From the NCBI GenBank assembly GCA_965234725.1, contig CBDDUX010000007.1:32001-96000 (forward strand): 64,000 bases of DNA. The letters run 5' to 3'. The notes under the pieces are model-generated. The model saw nothing but the letters and a program-made list of their open reading frames with translations, did not search any database and had not been told where the DNA came from. The DNA is from Thermoplasmatota archaeon. Its GTDB lineage: Archaea; Thermoplasmatota; Penumbrarchaeia; Penumbrarchaeales; Penumbrarchaeaceae. This document shows, piece by piece, positions 40,701 to 49,797 of the stretch. Each line of letters starts with the position of its first letter. Within the stretch, counting starts at the first letter, position 1. The position numbers were made by a program, and so were the translations under genes.

Positions 40701-41610
40701 CTACAATTTCATATTCTCAGCTGGTGAGGCACTCGATCCTGATACGGTATACAATGACACTCTCACATACCAGTGGGATTTCGATGCATCCGACGGATTC
40801 CAACCTGAGTTCATTGGAAAATCGGGTACCTGGAACTTCCAATCTGCCGGATCATACATGATCACCCTCAGAGTGGTGGATAGCGCTGGAAACCATATAG
40901 AGACCTACAGGAACATCACCGTCTCCGGTCTCAAGGACGATGACGATTTCGATAATGATGGAATGTCCAATAAATGGGAGGATGAGAACGGCCTCGACAA
41001 GTATGATCCAAAAGATGCTCTGGAAGATTCAGACGGGGACGAACTTTCTAACCTCGAGGAGTTCCTTAACCTCACCGACCCAAGGAAGAGGGATTCAGAC
41101 GGAGACGGAAGTCCGGATGGCGAGGATTACTCTCCTCTTGACTCCCTTGTATGGAAGGAACCTGAGGAGAAGAAGGAATGGACCGATGACACCGGCAATA
41201 TAGTCATGCTGATCGTGATCATACTGGTAGTCCTCCTTCTGCTCATTGCTCTGTTCGTCTTCCTGCTCCTTCGGTCCAGGAAGAAGTCCAAGGAGGAAGA
41301 GGAGAAGAGGAAAAGAGCAGAGGAGATGCAGAGGTCCATGTATGAGAACCAGGACCTCTATTCGAATCTGCCACCTGTTGAACAGACATCAGCACCAGCC
41401 GTTACCACTGGACCTTCAGTACCTCAACTGCCTCCACAGGAGGCCGATAAGGGTCTGGACGATATCTTCGGTGGGGCTGGAACACTTCCCGGCACGGAAC
41501 AAGCTCCCAGCCTGCCTCCAGGACCTGATGATGGTCAGGCACCATCCGTACAACTCCCATCGGAACCACAGAAGGAAACCGGTGATATCACCGATCTGTT
41601 GGACCAGTGA
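37741..41610 (+). CDS. Large membrane-anchored surface protein (FG-GAP/VCBS repeats, cadherin/Ig, PKD, TSP3-like Ca-binding repeats, TM, Pro-rich cytoplasmic tail)
   Basis: Signal peptide; GDVDGDGDLD and ADFDADGNLD; VNDDP; YQWDF; DFDNDGMSNKWE, DSDGD; TM followed by RSRKKSKEEE. Confidence 0.88.
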   Translation: MKQRFPIVMSLLLVILMAFPILPFSGGEEVRSTDGTPSRYGFTPVLYAVEDPDSEVICVDSGDFDKVNNDDVVIGLKDSIQVLKNNGASGSSFDFDLHQTISTTGFYITRIKWVDYDNDNDLDIVALGQGEYFMYGDPTSVTTPLGPSIFDMKIFYIENQLGTFTEEDSELFEDAYSYLNLWYYSDCKFDMDCGDVDGDGDLDTMIAYVADTNTGTIGGERIYFKLIDYKPGNLTNSTIQQVTLTAIADMNPLVRLADFDADGNLDMVYSYGGVAGGNILEARLFIKWHTGVGAAWGSPDDLDPNQNLLQGGIMGSIPYAIAVGEFAGNDLPDIALTNNRNGGTNPPFGDAGVYLIRSKDNRVFEDPYSAYSQQGDFMIRGMAVGEMRKLGRDDIICFQKIDTTSDPDPHDGIDHYGLTLIEARQAFPYSFDKIKTFQTSGSLPYQMIKDVSVGNFDNDPDGYDDIVFVGDKVTVGFTTYPPNIPPSKVRVTVSPTPIINDDKIATINLTIEDLDGWDDLTKIEVDFTPAGLPFRAVTKPEKDPNNTTIGWYEFTIQVPPTVKEGDYDIKFYMYDKSSDPPGKNSPKANDTFLFRVKQYNRRPEIALSPENRTLYVKEDVPTYFENVYDWFVDYDIQEGYSSTPLEIKLRSYQSNSFVESVTLRNMDGGTIFNVEMVNGSMGDPWNWSLLVSPGSDFHHSAGLSDQLTMRAYDGALKTDPLLRLNIVVLPVNDDPSIPVQKRFPSDGPFEFSLEQDEISGSYPLKATDEADGQTPYLEYFFEYDDPADEEWIYISRDGTVSWFPENDNVGPHKITLWVTDGTANISQVLWFNVSNVLDSPYFVFVSNGTKTFTNIPQHIPARYEFIVNEHEEFNLTIKVEDPDRIIGLQDDVSFKCNLTLLNNTYLDVDPIDPFKAYFHFVAEKKFGYYATYEPSSPPIETEIIVTDGIDQDILIVFPIRIIIKNINDPPILVQIEKPEEGYSHPILYNFIFSAGEALDPDTVYNDTLTYQWDFDASDGFQPEFIGKSGTWNFQSAGSYMITLRVVDSAGNHIETYRNITVSGLKDDDDFDNDGMSNKWEDENGLDKYDPKDALEDSDGDELSNLEEFLNLTDPRKRDSDGDGSPDGEDYSPLDSLVWKEPEEKKEWTDDTGNIVMLIVIILVVLLLLIALFVFLLLRSRKKSKEEEEKRKRAEEMQRSMYENQDLYSNLPPVEQTSAPAVTTGPSVPQLPPQEADKGLDDIFGGAGTLPGTEQAPSLPPGPDDGQAPSVQLPSEPQKETGDITDLLDQ

Positions 41611-41673
41611 TACCCGCCAAATTTAATATGGGTCCTCCCCTCTCTCCCGCCAATACCTCGAGGAGGCGGTCTC

Positions 41674-42369
41674 TTGAAGAAGATAGTGATATCCCTGGGT
41701 GGGTCCATTCTCATTAAAGGAGACAATGACCCTGCCTATCTAGGTTCTCTAAGGGAACTTCTGTTATCCTTCCCGGATGATCATAGATTCATCATTATTA
41801 CCGGCGGAGGAAGGACTGCAAGGGAATACATAGACATTGGAAGGTCCCTTGGATCGGACGAAGCGACCCTGGACTGGATCGGAATAGGTGCAACAAGGTT
41901 GAATGCTTGGCTTATGGTAGCGTGCTTGGGTCCAACCTGCAATCCTAAACCTGTTGAAACAATTGAAGAGGCCCTTTCCGCTTCCGTTTCAAACAGATTC
42001 GTTATAGGAGGGGGGACTCACCCGGGACATACTACGGATACAGTTGCTGCTTTGATAGCAGAAAGATGGGAAGCTGATCATTTCATCAATCTTACGGCAG
42101 TAAACGGTGCATATACAGAGGACCCGAACAAGGTATCAAATGCCACAAGGATCGATTCCATGACATCAGAGGAGCTTACCAAATTGGTGTCCGGAACTTT
42201 TACTGGAGCAGGATCACATTCCGTGATGGATCCCCTTGCTTCAAGGGTGATACATCGTGCCGGACTTAAAACATCGATATTGAATGGAAGGGACCTTGAA
42301 GCATTGAACGATTGTCTTAATGCAAAATCATTTGACGGAACGGTCATTGAACCTTCAAAGAAGAGGTGA
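41674..42369 (+). CDS. pyrH: Uridylate kinase
   Basis: ISLGGS, ITGGGRTAREYI, GGTHPGHTTDTVA, DP. Confidence 0.95.
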   Translation: MKKIVISLGGSILIKGDNDPAYLGSLRELLLSFPDDHRFIIITGGGRTAREYIDIGRSLGSDEATLDWIGIGATRLNAWLMVACLGPTCNPKPVETIEEALSASVSNRFVIGGGTHPGHTTDTVAALIAERWEADHFINLTAVNGAYTEDPNKVSNATRIDSMTSEELTKLVSGTFTGAGSHSVMDPLASRVIHRAGLKTSILNGRDLEALNDCLNAKSFDGTVIEPSKKR

Positions 42370-42372
42370 CAG

Positions 42373-42660
42373 ATGATGTCAACATCCAAAGGACCCAGGA
42401 AGAGCACCAAAAGGAAACGGCCTCTTGACGACAGGGAACATGATCTGGAAAAGACCGATGTTAAGGATACAGTGGATGTCCAGTTCCATAAGCACTGTGT
42501 CAACTGTGGGGTCTCGATCTCACCTGACAGAGAGACTTGTTCCCCCAAATGCCAGAACGAATGGGATCGGATGGTGAAAAAGAAGAAGTTCTGGAACTAT
42601 CTGCCTTTCCTTGGAGCTGCATTCCTTCTGGTCCTATACCTTATCCTGAGCATGGCTTGA
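42373..42660 (+). CDS. DUF2116-like Zn-ribbon membrane protein
   Basis: HKHCVNCGVSISPDRETCSPKC plus C-terminal TM. Confidence 0.82.
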   Translation: MMSTSKGPRKSTKRKRPLDDREHDLEKTDVKDTVDVQFHKHCVNCGVSISPDRETCSPKCQNEWDRMVKKKKFWNYLPFLGAAFLLVLYLILSMA

Positions 42661-42674
42661 AAGGAAGTAGGAAA

Positions 42675-43703
42675 ATGGATGAGGGACCTGTTTCCAACAT
42701 ATGCATAGGAGGGACCTTCTCCCCATTGCATAAAGGTCATATAATACTGCTAAGAGAAGCTTTCAAAAGAGGAAAGAAGGTTTCTATCGGACTGACCTCT
42801 GATAAAATGGCGAGGAGATCGAGGGAAAGGGAGGTCCTTCCATACAATATCAGGTTGAAGGACCTGAAGAAGGTCCTTGAGGAACTTTCAATGGAATATG
42901 GGATCGAGTTCTCCATCAGAGAGATCAATGACAGGCTGGGGTTCGCTGTCAATGAGGGCATGGATTCCATTGTTGTTTCCAAGGAGACAGAGCAAACAGT
43001 GGATGATATTGATATTGAAAGGAACAGAAGAGGTTTGAAACCTCTGAGAAGGTTCGTCATTGATATGGTCCTCGATGAGAAAGGTAATAAGATATCCTCC
43101 ACCCGAGTGGCAACCGGTGAGATCGACATAAGGGGGAGGTCTATCTCTGATGTGAAAGACGCAGGTTCCGCAAATAAGGTCTGCATACACCTGGGTTCTA
43201 AGAATCCTGACAAGGTAAGGGGTGCAGTGAGAGCATTCAGAAGATACTGGCCTGAGGTTCAGATATTCCAATATAACGTGGGAGATGGGGATGGGAATCC
43301 GCTTCATGACGGACCAATTGAAGGGGCAAGGGTGAGGACCGAGGAGGTAAGAAGGAGGATCGACTCCCAAGCGGTCAGGATCTCGGATCATCTGGTAGGA
43401 ATAGAATCGGGACTCATCGAGACGAACGGAACCTGGTTCATGGTCCACTGCTGCCATATCTCTTATAAAAGAGGAAAAGGTACCGGACTCAGTTCTGGCC
43501 TGGAGATACCACCCAGGATACTGGAACGGATCATGGCCTACAGGGGGAGTTCCTGGGAGACAAGGAATATAATGGGAATGAGAACATCCTTCATTGAAAA
43601 CCTAAGTGGTGGTTCAGTGTCAAGGGATGAACTCATTGAACAGGCCTGCCAGATGGCACTCCTATCTCTCTTTAACTCATTGAAGGAGGAGGATCAGTCA
43701 TGA
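42675..43703 (+). CDS. coaD: Bifunctional phosphopantetheine adenylyltransferase / inosine-xanthosine NTPase (YjjX-like)
   Basis: GGTFSPLHKGH, GLTSD, IVVSKET, KISSTRV; second domain GSKNPDK, VGIESG. Confidence 0.88.
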   Translation: MDEGPVSNICIGGTFSPLHKGHIILLREAFKRGKKVSIGLTSDKMARRSREREVLPYNIRLKDLKKVLEELSMEYGIEFSIREINDRLGFAVNEGMDSIVVSKETEQTVDDIDIERNRRGLKPLRRFVIDMVLDEKGNKISSTRVATGEIDIRGRSISDVKDAGSANKVCIHLGSKNPDKVRGAVRAFRRYWPEVQIFQYNVGDGDGNPLHDGPIEGARVRTEEVRRRIDSQAVRISDHLVGIESGLIETNGTWFMVHCCHISYKRGKGTGLSSGLEIPPRILERIMAYRGSSWETRNIMGMRTSFIENLSGGSVSRDELIEQACQMALLSLFNSLKEEDQS

Positions 43704-44683
43704 CATCCTTCCTACCATCCACTCCCCAGGGATCGATACTTCTGATATGCATTGCGATACTCTTTGGTCTCTCGATCTACCTTCCGTGGAAGGGAAAGGG
43801 TTCGGCAACTGCAGTTATCTCAACATCGGTGATCATAGTCTTCGTGATACAGCTGATCTTCACTTCCAAGATGATATATGATCTGCCGTTCATGAGCGGA
43901 ATGGAAGAGATCACATCCTCGGAATTATACCGGGAGCTTGGATTCTATCCACGATCCATTGTTGATGACCAGACCATCTACCAGTTCATAACCTCCACTT
44001 ACCTTCATGCGAACTTCCTCCATCTGATCTTCAATTTTATCGGACTTTTCCTTCTTGGGACCCAGCTTGAAAGGAAGATCGGTTGGTACAGGTTCCTGAT
44101 CCTCTATTTTGGTTCGGGAGTGGTCGCTGGGGCAATCGTTCTGATGATCTCACCCTTCGATGCTGTAGGGCACTCGATGAATGTCCCTTCGATAGGGGCA
44201 TCCGGTTGTATATTCGGCATTCTTGGAGGTTACTGGTTCCTCTATCCCAGGGACAAGGTGTTCTTTCCATTACCGTTGTTCTTTATCAGAATGACAAATC
44301 AATGGCCCATTTCACTCATCTTCATGATATATGGTGGCATCACAGCGTTCTTCCTGCTTATCGGGACCAATGATAATACCAGCCATATTGCTCATTTCGG
44401 CGGTCTTGTGGGTGCTTTTCCCATTGCAGCTTTGATCAGACCCCCTGACAAGGAAGAGAAGATCAAGAAGCTCAAGACAGAGGACCTGACGGCCTTTGCA
44501 AAGACGAAGAGACAGAAGCAATTTCTGAAGAAGGCAATGGAAGCGGATGAGGAGGATGTAAGGAATGCATGGTTGGATGAATTCTTTCAGTCCATTATCT
44601 GTCCCAAATGCTCATCCTCGAACATGGCCTTCGAGAACGGAAAGGCCCATTGTCCCAGATGCGGGCATACTATCAGACCTTAA
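43700..44683 (+). CDS. Rhomboid intramembrane serine protease with C-terminal Zn ribbon
   Basis: HANFLHLIFN, GASG, AHFGG; CPKC...CPRC. Confidence 0.92.
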   Translation: MTSFLPSTPQGSILLICIAILFGLSIYLPWKGKGSATAVISTSVIIVFVIQLIFTSKMIYDLPFMSGMEEITSSELYRELGFYPRSIVDDQTIYQFITSTYLHANFLHLIFNFIGLFLLGTQLERKIGWYRFLILYFGSGVVAGAIVLMISPFDAVGHSMNVPSIGASGCIFGILGGYWFLYPRDKVFFPLPLFFIRMTNQWPISLIFMIYGGITAFFLLIGTNDNTSHIAHFGGLVGAFPIAALIRPPDKEEKIKKLKTEDLTAFAKTKRQKQFLKKAMEADEEDVRNAWLDEFFQSIICPKCSSSNMAFENGKAHCPRCGHTIRP

Positions 44684-44796
44684 TGGATGCCTGGACCGTG
44701 AATTTTTCCTAAAATTCTGGATTTCATACATGTATAATATTAGACATAACCTAAAATATTATTAATAGCCTAGTAGAAAAAAAGGGGGATCATTAA

Positions 44797-45411
44797 ATGG
44801 AACCAAGAATAGAATGGCTCGGACATGCATCATTCAGGATTCATACTTCTAAAGGGATCATCTATTTGGATCCCTGGAAGACATCAGGTGCTCCAAAAGC
44901 AGACCTGATCCTAATAACTCATACTCACATGGACCATCTCAGTGAAGATGATATTTCCAAACTTAAGAAGGACAGTACCATCATCATTGGCTCCAAGGAT
45001 GTACCAAAGACCGTTACCAGAGCAATATCTGTTGTGCCGGGTAACATCAAGAATATAGGGGCTATCACCGTAGAAGCTGTGAGGGCTTACAATCCGAAAA
45101 AGGAGTTCCATCCGAAGGAGAACGATTGGCTTGGATTCATCATAGAGGTGGACGGGACCAGGATCTACCATACCGGGGATACCGATATCATTCCGGAAAT
45201 GAAGGATTTAAAGGATATTGATGTGGTACTCATTCCCGTTGGTGGAACCTACACAATGACCCCGGAGGAGGCCTCAAAGGCGGTGGGCATTTTCAATCCC
45301 AAGAAAGCTATTCCAATGCACTGGGGAGATATCATTGGTGGCAAGGATGATGCCATCAAGTTCAAAGAGTTGGCATCCTGCAAGGTTGAAATTCTTGAAC
45401 CGGTGAAATGA
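44797..45411 (+). CDS. MBL-fold metallo-hydrolase
   Basis: WLGHASF, THTHMDH, YHTGDT, PMHWG. Confidence 0.92.
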   Translation: MEPRIEWLGHASFRIHTSKGIIYLDPWKTSGAPKADLILITHTHMDHLSEDDISKLKKDSTIIIGSKDVPKTVTRAISVVPGNIKNIGAITVEAVRAYNPKKEFHPKENDWLGFIIEVDGTRIYHTGDTDIIPEMKDLKDIDVVLIPVGGTYTMTPEEASKAVGIFNPKKAIPMHWGDIIGGKDDAIKFKELASCKVEILEPVK

Positions 45412-45412
45412 T

Positions 45413-46555
45413 CTATTTCACAACCCCATTGATCTTCATGGGATCTGATACTATTCCTCCATTATAGAGTGGGGAATGGAAGGAGAGAGGCGGGCCATCC
45501 ACACAGTTGGGAAGTGAGAATATCTTGATCTCCGGCTCACCTTCAAGAAAACCATGGTCCATGATCGCATTTCTCATGTTCATCTGGGCCCTTGAGCCCT
45601 CGGAAAGGTTCTTGAATATACCCAATCCAACAACCTCTGTGTGATCGAAAGCTATTATCATGAGATTGTTGGGCATCTGGTCTTCGTAAAGTCGAAAAAG
45701 CTCCCTTGGGTCCAGACCCGGTTTGAATCTCATATGTGTAAAGATCAGAACCTCATATCCCATCCCCACCACATTGGTTCCATAGAATGGTTTGATATAT
45801 CCTATCTCTAGCAGCCGGTCCTTTGTCTTTCTGAACCTGTACCTGCTGATACCCATCTCCTTTATCAGGTCGGTCTCCTTGAATTCTGGTCGTCTAACGA
45901 TTTCCTTTAGAACTCTAAATGATCCTTCATCCAGTATATCCTCTTCAGGTCCATCCGCCATATCGAAAAAATCGGACCAATCTCGAAAAGCTGCAAATTG
46001 TCCAGGAGTCTCAGCATCAAGTTTCGGGATATCACAAGCTCCCACCCGCTCCTCAAGGAGTCCCTGAACATCGAAGAACCGCTCGATCTTGAGATCCTTA
46101 AGCGAAAAGAGAGAATGATGGATGGACCGGACCGGGATATCCATTGAATCCATGAGGTTGCCCTTTAACCTCATCATCCTCTTGAGGTTGGTGAAATCAC
46201 TCAGGATATGGAATGAAACTCCGTTGTTGCCTTCCAGTATGCTGAAGATAGGAATGCTGAGGGCCCCATCATCGGATACCATTTCAATGTTCTCAACCCC
46301 TCGATCCCGGTTGAAGGAGTCCATTGAACTGCCATGACTGACAACCAATATTTCCAGACCAAGCCTTCCGTAGTTTGGAACGTAGTATTTCGAGAGAAAC
46401 CTCCGTTTTATCAGGGAGTTCTTTACCTTGTTGAATGTGAACAGGTTCATTCCTATTGCCTTTGATATTTCCGTATCCGAATGCTCCGGATTGCGCATGA
46501 GGGCAAGTATGACGATGCTTTCATTCTGGGTCAATTGCTCAATTGACATTGACAT
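45413..46555 (-). CDS. Tandem duplicated Lrp/AsnC-like transcriptional regulator
   Basis: Two HTH plus effector-like halves (NPEHSDTEIS...YVPNYGRLGLEILV and RPEFKETDLI...YGTNVVGMGYEVLI); divergent from the MMPL gene. Confidence 0.65.
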   Translation of the reverse strand: MSMSIEQLTQNESIVILALMRNPEHSDTEISKAIGMNLFTFNKVKNSLIKRRFLSKYYVPNYGRLGLEILVVSHGSSMDSFNRDRGVENIEMVSDDGALSIPIFSILEGNNGVSFHILSDFTNLKRMMRLKGNLMDSMDIPVRSIHHSLFSLKDLKIERFFDVQGLLEERVGACDIPKLDAETPGQFAAFRDWSDFFDMADGPEEDILDEGSFRVLKEIVRRPEFKETDLIKEMGISRYRFRKTKDRLLEIGYIKPFYGTNVVGMGYEVLIFTHMRFKPGLDPRELFRLYEDQMPNNLMIIAFDHTEVVGLGIFKNLSEGSRAQMNMRNAIMDHGFLEGEPEIKIFSLPNCVDGPPLSFHSPLYNGGIVSDPMKINGVVK

Positions 46556-46689
46556 GCATATTGTTCAGAAGGTTTTTTACTTTTTTGTATTGATTTGATG
46601 TTCAATATTCTATAAAGTTCAAAAATATCTCTAAATTTTTAATATTCTTGTTCTATCCTTTGAAAAAATAGCCATAAACAATAAATATC

Positions 46690-46707
46690 CCCCGGTTTTA
46701 GCCGGGG
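46690..46707. promoter_or_regulatory. Palindrome just downstream of a TATA-like box of the MMPL gene
   Basis: ataaatat followed by ccccgg-ttttag-ccgggg, then aggtga RBS and ATG 46717. Confidence 0.4.
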
Positions 46708-46716
46708 CAAGGTGAT

Positions 46717-49700
46717 ATGATGTTCACGGAAAGGGTCGGCCAACTTACAAATAAATATCCCTGGCTTTGCATCCTTGCAATTCTTCTGATAACTGCGGGG
46801 GCTACAGCCTCCATGGTGATATTCCCGATGGAAACATCATTCAGCAACGAGGACTTCCTTCCTGACATCGATGTTGCAAAGGCAAACTCCCTTTACTCGG
46901 AAACATTCACCTCTTCATATTCATTCATAGTACTTATTAGAGGTTACAACGGAGATCTGGTGACTCCCGAAGGATTCGGGGACATGGCGGAACTCTCAAA
47001 CCTATTCGAGAACGATGGAACATACCTACAGTGGAAAGATGAAGGATCAGCCGGCCCCATGTCCGCTGCTTCTGCGATGTTCGACCTCAGAAATGGGGCC
47101 GATCATGCTGACAACATGAAGATGACAGCATCCATGGTCTCTTCTTATCTTGAGACCACTGATTCGCTTGCAAATTCTTCCCTTTCCTTTTCCGAAGACC
47201 TTTCCAACCTTTCAGAAGGGGAGGATCCAACAACCCTGGTTTCCTCTTTTTCATTGGACATCCAGGAAATGATGGACGAGGTCGATATACCTTCATTGAA
47301 CACGACCACACCGGAAACCGCAATGGAATACTACTCCTCATTCAATGATACTGAAGGATTCAAGTTAGAATTGGCAGATCTTCTTTCCTACGACATCTCA
47401 GGACCCGATGTCCAATCGGCAGCAGGAGACCTGAACGTCTTTACGGAAAATGCCCAAAGGACCATTGATGCTCTTTCAGAGGCAAGAGATGGGATCGATG
47501 AATACATCGATATGATGGAACTTACACCCGATCAGAACTCCTCCCTCAGGACCCTCCAGAGCAGGATCGATGATGCATTGGAAAGACTTGAAGGGACCTC
47601 CGAGATATCCCAGTCCCTTGGAAATCCTCTGGTGTTCGGACAGGTGGCACGGACATTCAGTATAGGCCAGTTCTTCCTCCTGAATTTCCTCACAGAGGAT
47701 TTCGACCCTTCGGTCAACAGTCTCTCCGCAAAGGGAGGAATGGTCCTTGTCGACCTTAACTATACTTTGGGAGATATGGAAGAAAATGGAGAATTGAACA
47801 AGCTCCTTGAAATTGAGGGGAACCTGTCAAATGTCGTAAAGGGGATGGATGACAGGTCAGATCAGTCGATGCATCCAATGGCATTTGCAAAGATCAACGA
47901 GAAGATCACCCAGGCAAGCAATGATTCCATGCAGATACTTCTTCCTCTGGCCATGATATTCGTTCTTGTGATACTCTTCTTCATTTACAGGTCAGTGATC
48001 GACATCGTTCTCAATATCATTGCACTGGTAATGGCCATCATCTGGATGTACGGTTTCGGTTCTCTCATGGGATATTCATCCAACCCCATGATAACTGCAG
48101 TGCCGGTCCTTCTGGTCGGATTGGGGATAGACTACGGTATCCATTTGACAATGAGATACCGAGAAGAGATCAGAAAAGGCCTTACCGTGAGGGAGGCCCT
48201 GAAAGAGATGTCATCCTCTGTAGGAATGGCGCTCCTTCTGGCAACTTTCACAACAGTATTCGCTTTCCTTTCAAATCTATCTTCTCCAGTGGGTCTTGTA
48301 CTCCAATTCGGGGTAATGTCAGCAGTTGGCATCTTCGCCAGTTTCGTTATCATGATGGTCTTCCTTCCTGCCACCAAGAGACTGATAGATGTTTGGAAGG
48401 CTGATAGGAATAAGGTCCTTTTTAGAGGTATCAGAGAAGGTGAATGCGATCTTTGTGAAAGAGAAAAGGTGAACAAGAGGCTATCGAACAGGGTGATCCT
48501 CGCCCTCAGCATAAGGGCCGAGAAACATCCCATCGTCATCCTTGTCTCAGCAGTGATCCTGACATCTGTAATGTTAGGATTTGCGGTCCAGAGTGAGGTC
48601 ACTTTCAGTGTCAACGACTTCCTTCCTGACGGATTGCAGGAATCCGAGGATATCGGTTACCTCATCAGCCAGTTCAGACTGGGTGGAAGCGGAGATACAG
48701 GGATAGTCATCGTTGAAGGGGATATCTCGGACCCGAAGGTCCTCCTGGCAATGGAAGGTACCATGAAAAATGCCGTTGACCTGGATTCCAGATTCCTGAC
48801 ATACGAAGGTACTGGAAGTTCTTTACGACCCAAGGCTGATTTCATCCTCTATTCCCTGAAAGATACGGCAAATGCACTGGGAGCACTGGATCCAGACGAT
48901 CGGTTCCTTGCGGATTATTCGGATACATTCGATCTGGAGACGGGCCTCCCTCTGGAGGATTCCACGAAAGGGGACATAGAAAAAGTGCTTGTTGGTTTTT
49001 ATGAGGATTATCCCTCCCTCGCAAGGAGGATGATCCATGTCCAGGACGGAAAGGTCGACATGGCCGTGATATCCTTTGTTGTGGGGACCGAGAACGACGA
49101 CCAGGCCTGGAAGCTGTTCGATGAGCTCAAGGATATCGTGGGGCCACTCAAGGACCTTGAGGGCAATGGTGTGGAGAAGGTCTCGATAACCGGATCCACG
49201 ATCCTGATGGCCGTCATCATTCAAGCCATAAACAACTCTCAGATCAGGTCCCTTATACTGACCATCGTTGTCTCCTTTGTAGCCCTTACAATAGCCTTCT
49301 TCATCGAGGAGAAGTCCCTCTTCCTCGGAGCAGTGGCGACCCTCCCTGTCGTCTTCTGTGTTATCTGGATAGCAGGGACGATGTATGTGACAGGGATCCC
49401 TCTCAACGTTATGACCATCACTATCGGGGCCTTGACCGTAGGATTGGGAATAACTTACGGCATCCATATAACTCACAGGTTCATTGAGGACGAGAGGAAC
49501 GAGAGCGATCTTCTTGAAGCTTCCAAAAAGACAATAGTGAACACAGGGTCGGCCCTCTTCGGAGCGGCGTTGACGACAGTTGGAGGTTTCGGACTTCTAT
49601 CCTTTGCAACAATGCCGCCCCTTCAACAGTTCGGCCAGGTGACAGCCCTTGCAATACTCTATTCCTTCGTATCATCGATAATAATCCTCCCTGTCCTTTT

Positions 49701-49770
49701 GATATTATGGGCAAAGAGCAGAAGGAAATGGAGAGCCCGCAAGGCCAGATCGACAGGTGGAATCTCTTAA
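46717..49770 (+). CDS. MMPL/RND (HAE3-type) transporter
   Basis: Two halves with GLGIDYGIHL and GLGITYGIHI; about 12 TMs and two large extracytoplasmic loops. Confidence 0.93.
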   Translation: MMFTERVGQLTNKYPWLCILAILLITAGATASMVIFPMETSFSNEDFLPDIDVAKANSLYSETFTSSYSFIVLIRGYNGDLVTPEGFGDMAELSNLFENDGTYLQWKDEGSAGPMSAASAMFDLRNGADHADNMKMTASMVSSYLETTDSLANSSLSFSEDLSNLSEGEDPTTLVSSFSLDIQEMMDEVDIPSLNTTTPETAMEYYSSFNDTEGFKLELADLLSYDISGPDVQSAAGDLNVFTENAQRTIDALSEARDGIDEYIDMMELTPDQNSSLRTLQSRIDDALERLEGTSEISQSLGNPLVFGQVARTFSIGQFFLLNFLTEDFDPSVNSLSAKGGMVLVDLNYTLGDMEENGELNKLLEIEGNLSNVVKGMDDRSDQSMHPMAFAKINEKITQASNDSMQILLPLAMIFVLVILFFIYRSVIDIVLNIIALVMAIIWMYGFGSLMGYSSNPMITAVPVLLVGLGIDYGIHLTMRYREEIRKGLTVREALKEMSSSVGMALLLATFTTVFAFLSNLSSPVGLVLQFGVMSAVGIFASFVIMMVFLPATKRLIDVWKADRNKVLFRGIREGECDLCEREKVNKRLSNRVILALSIRAEKHPIVILVSAVILTSVMLGFAVQSEVTFSVNDFLPDGLQESEDIGYLISQFRLGGSGDTGIVIVEGDISDPKVLLAMEGTMKNAVDLDSRFLTYEGTGSSLRPKADFILYSLKDTANALGALDPDDRFLADYSDTFDLETGLPLEDSTKGDIEKVLVGFYEDYPSLARRMIHVQDGKVDMAVISFVVGTENDDQAWKLFDELKDIVGPLKDLEGNGVEKVSITGSTILMAVIIQAINNSQIRSLILTIVVSFVALTIAFFIEEKSLFLGAVATLPVVFCVIWIAGTMYVTGIPLNVMTITIGALTVGLGITYGIHITHRFIEDERNESDLLEASKKTIVNTGSALFGAALTTVGGFGLLSFATMPPLQQFGQVTALAILYSFVSSIIILPVLLILWAKSRRKWRARKARSTGGIS

Positions 49771-49797
49771 ATATCGAAGCGGCCTAACTTTGACCCG

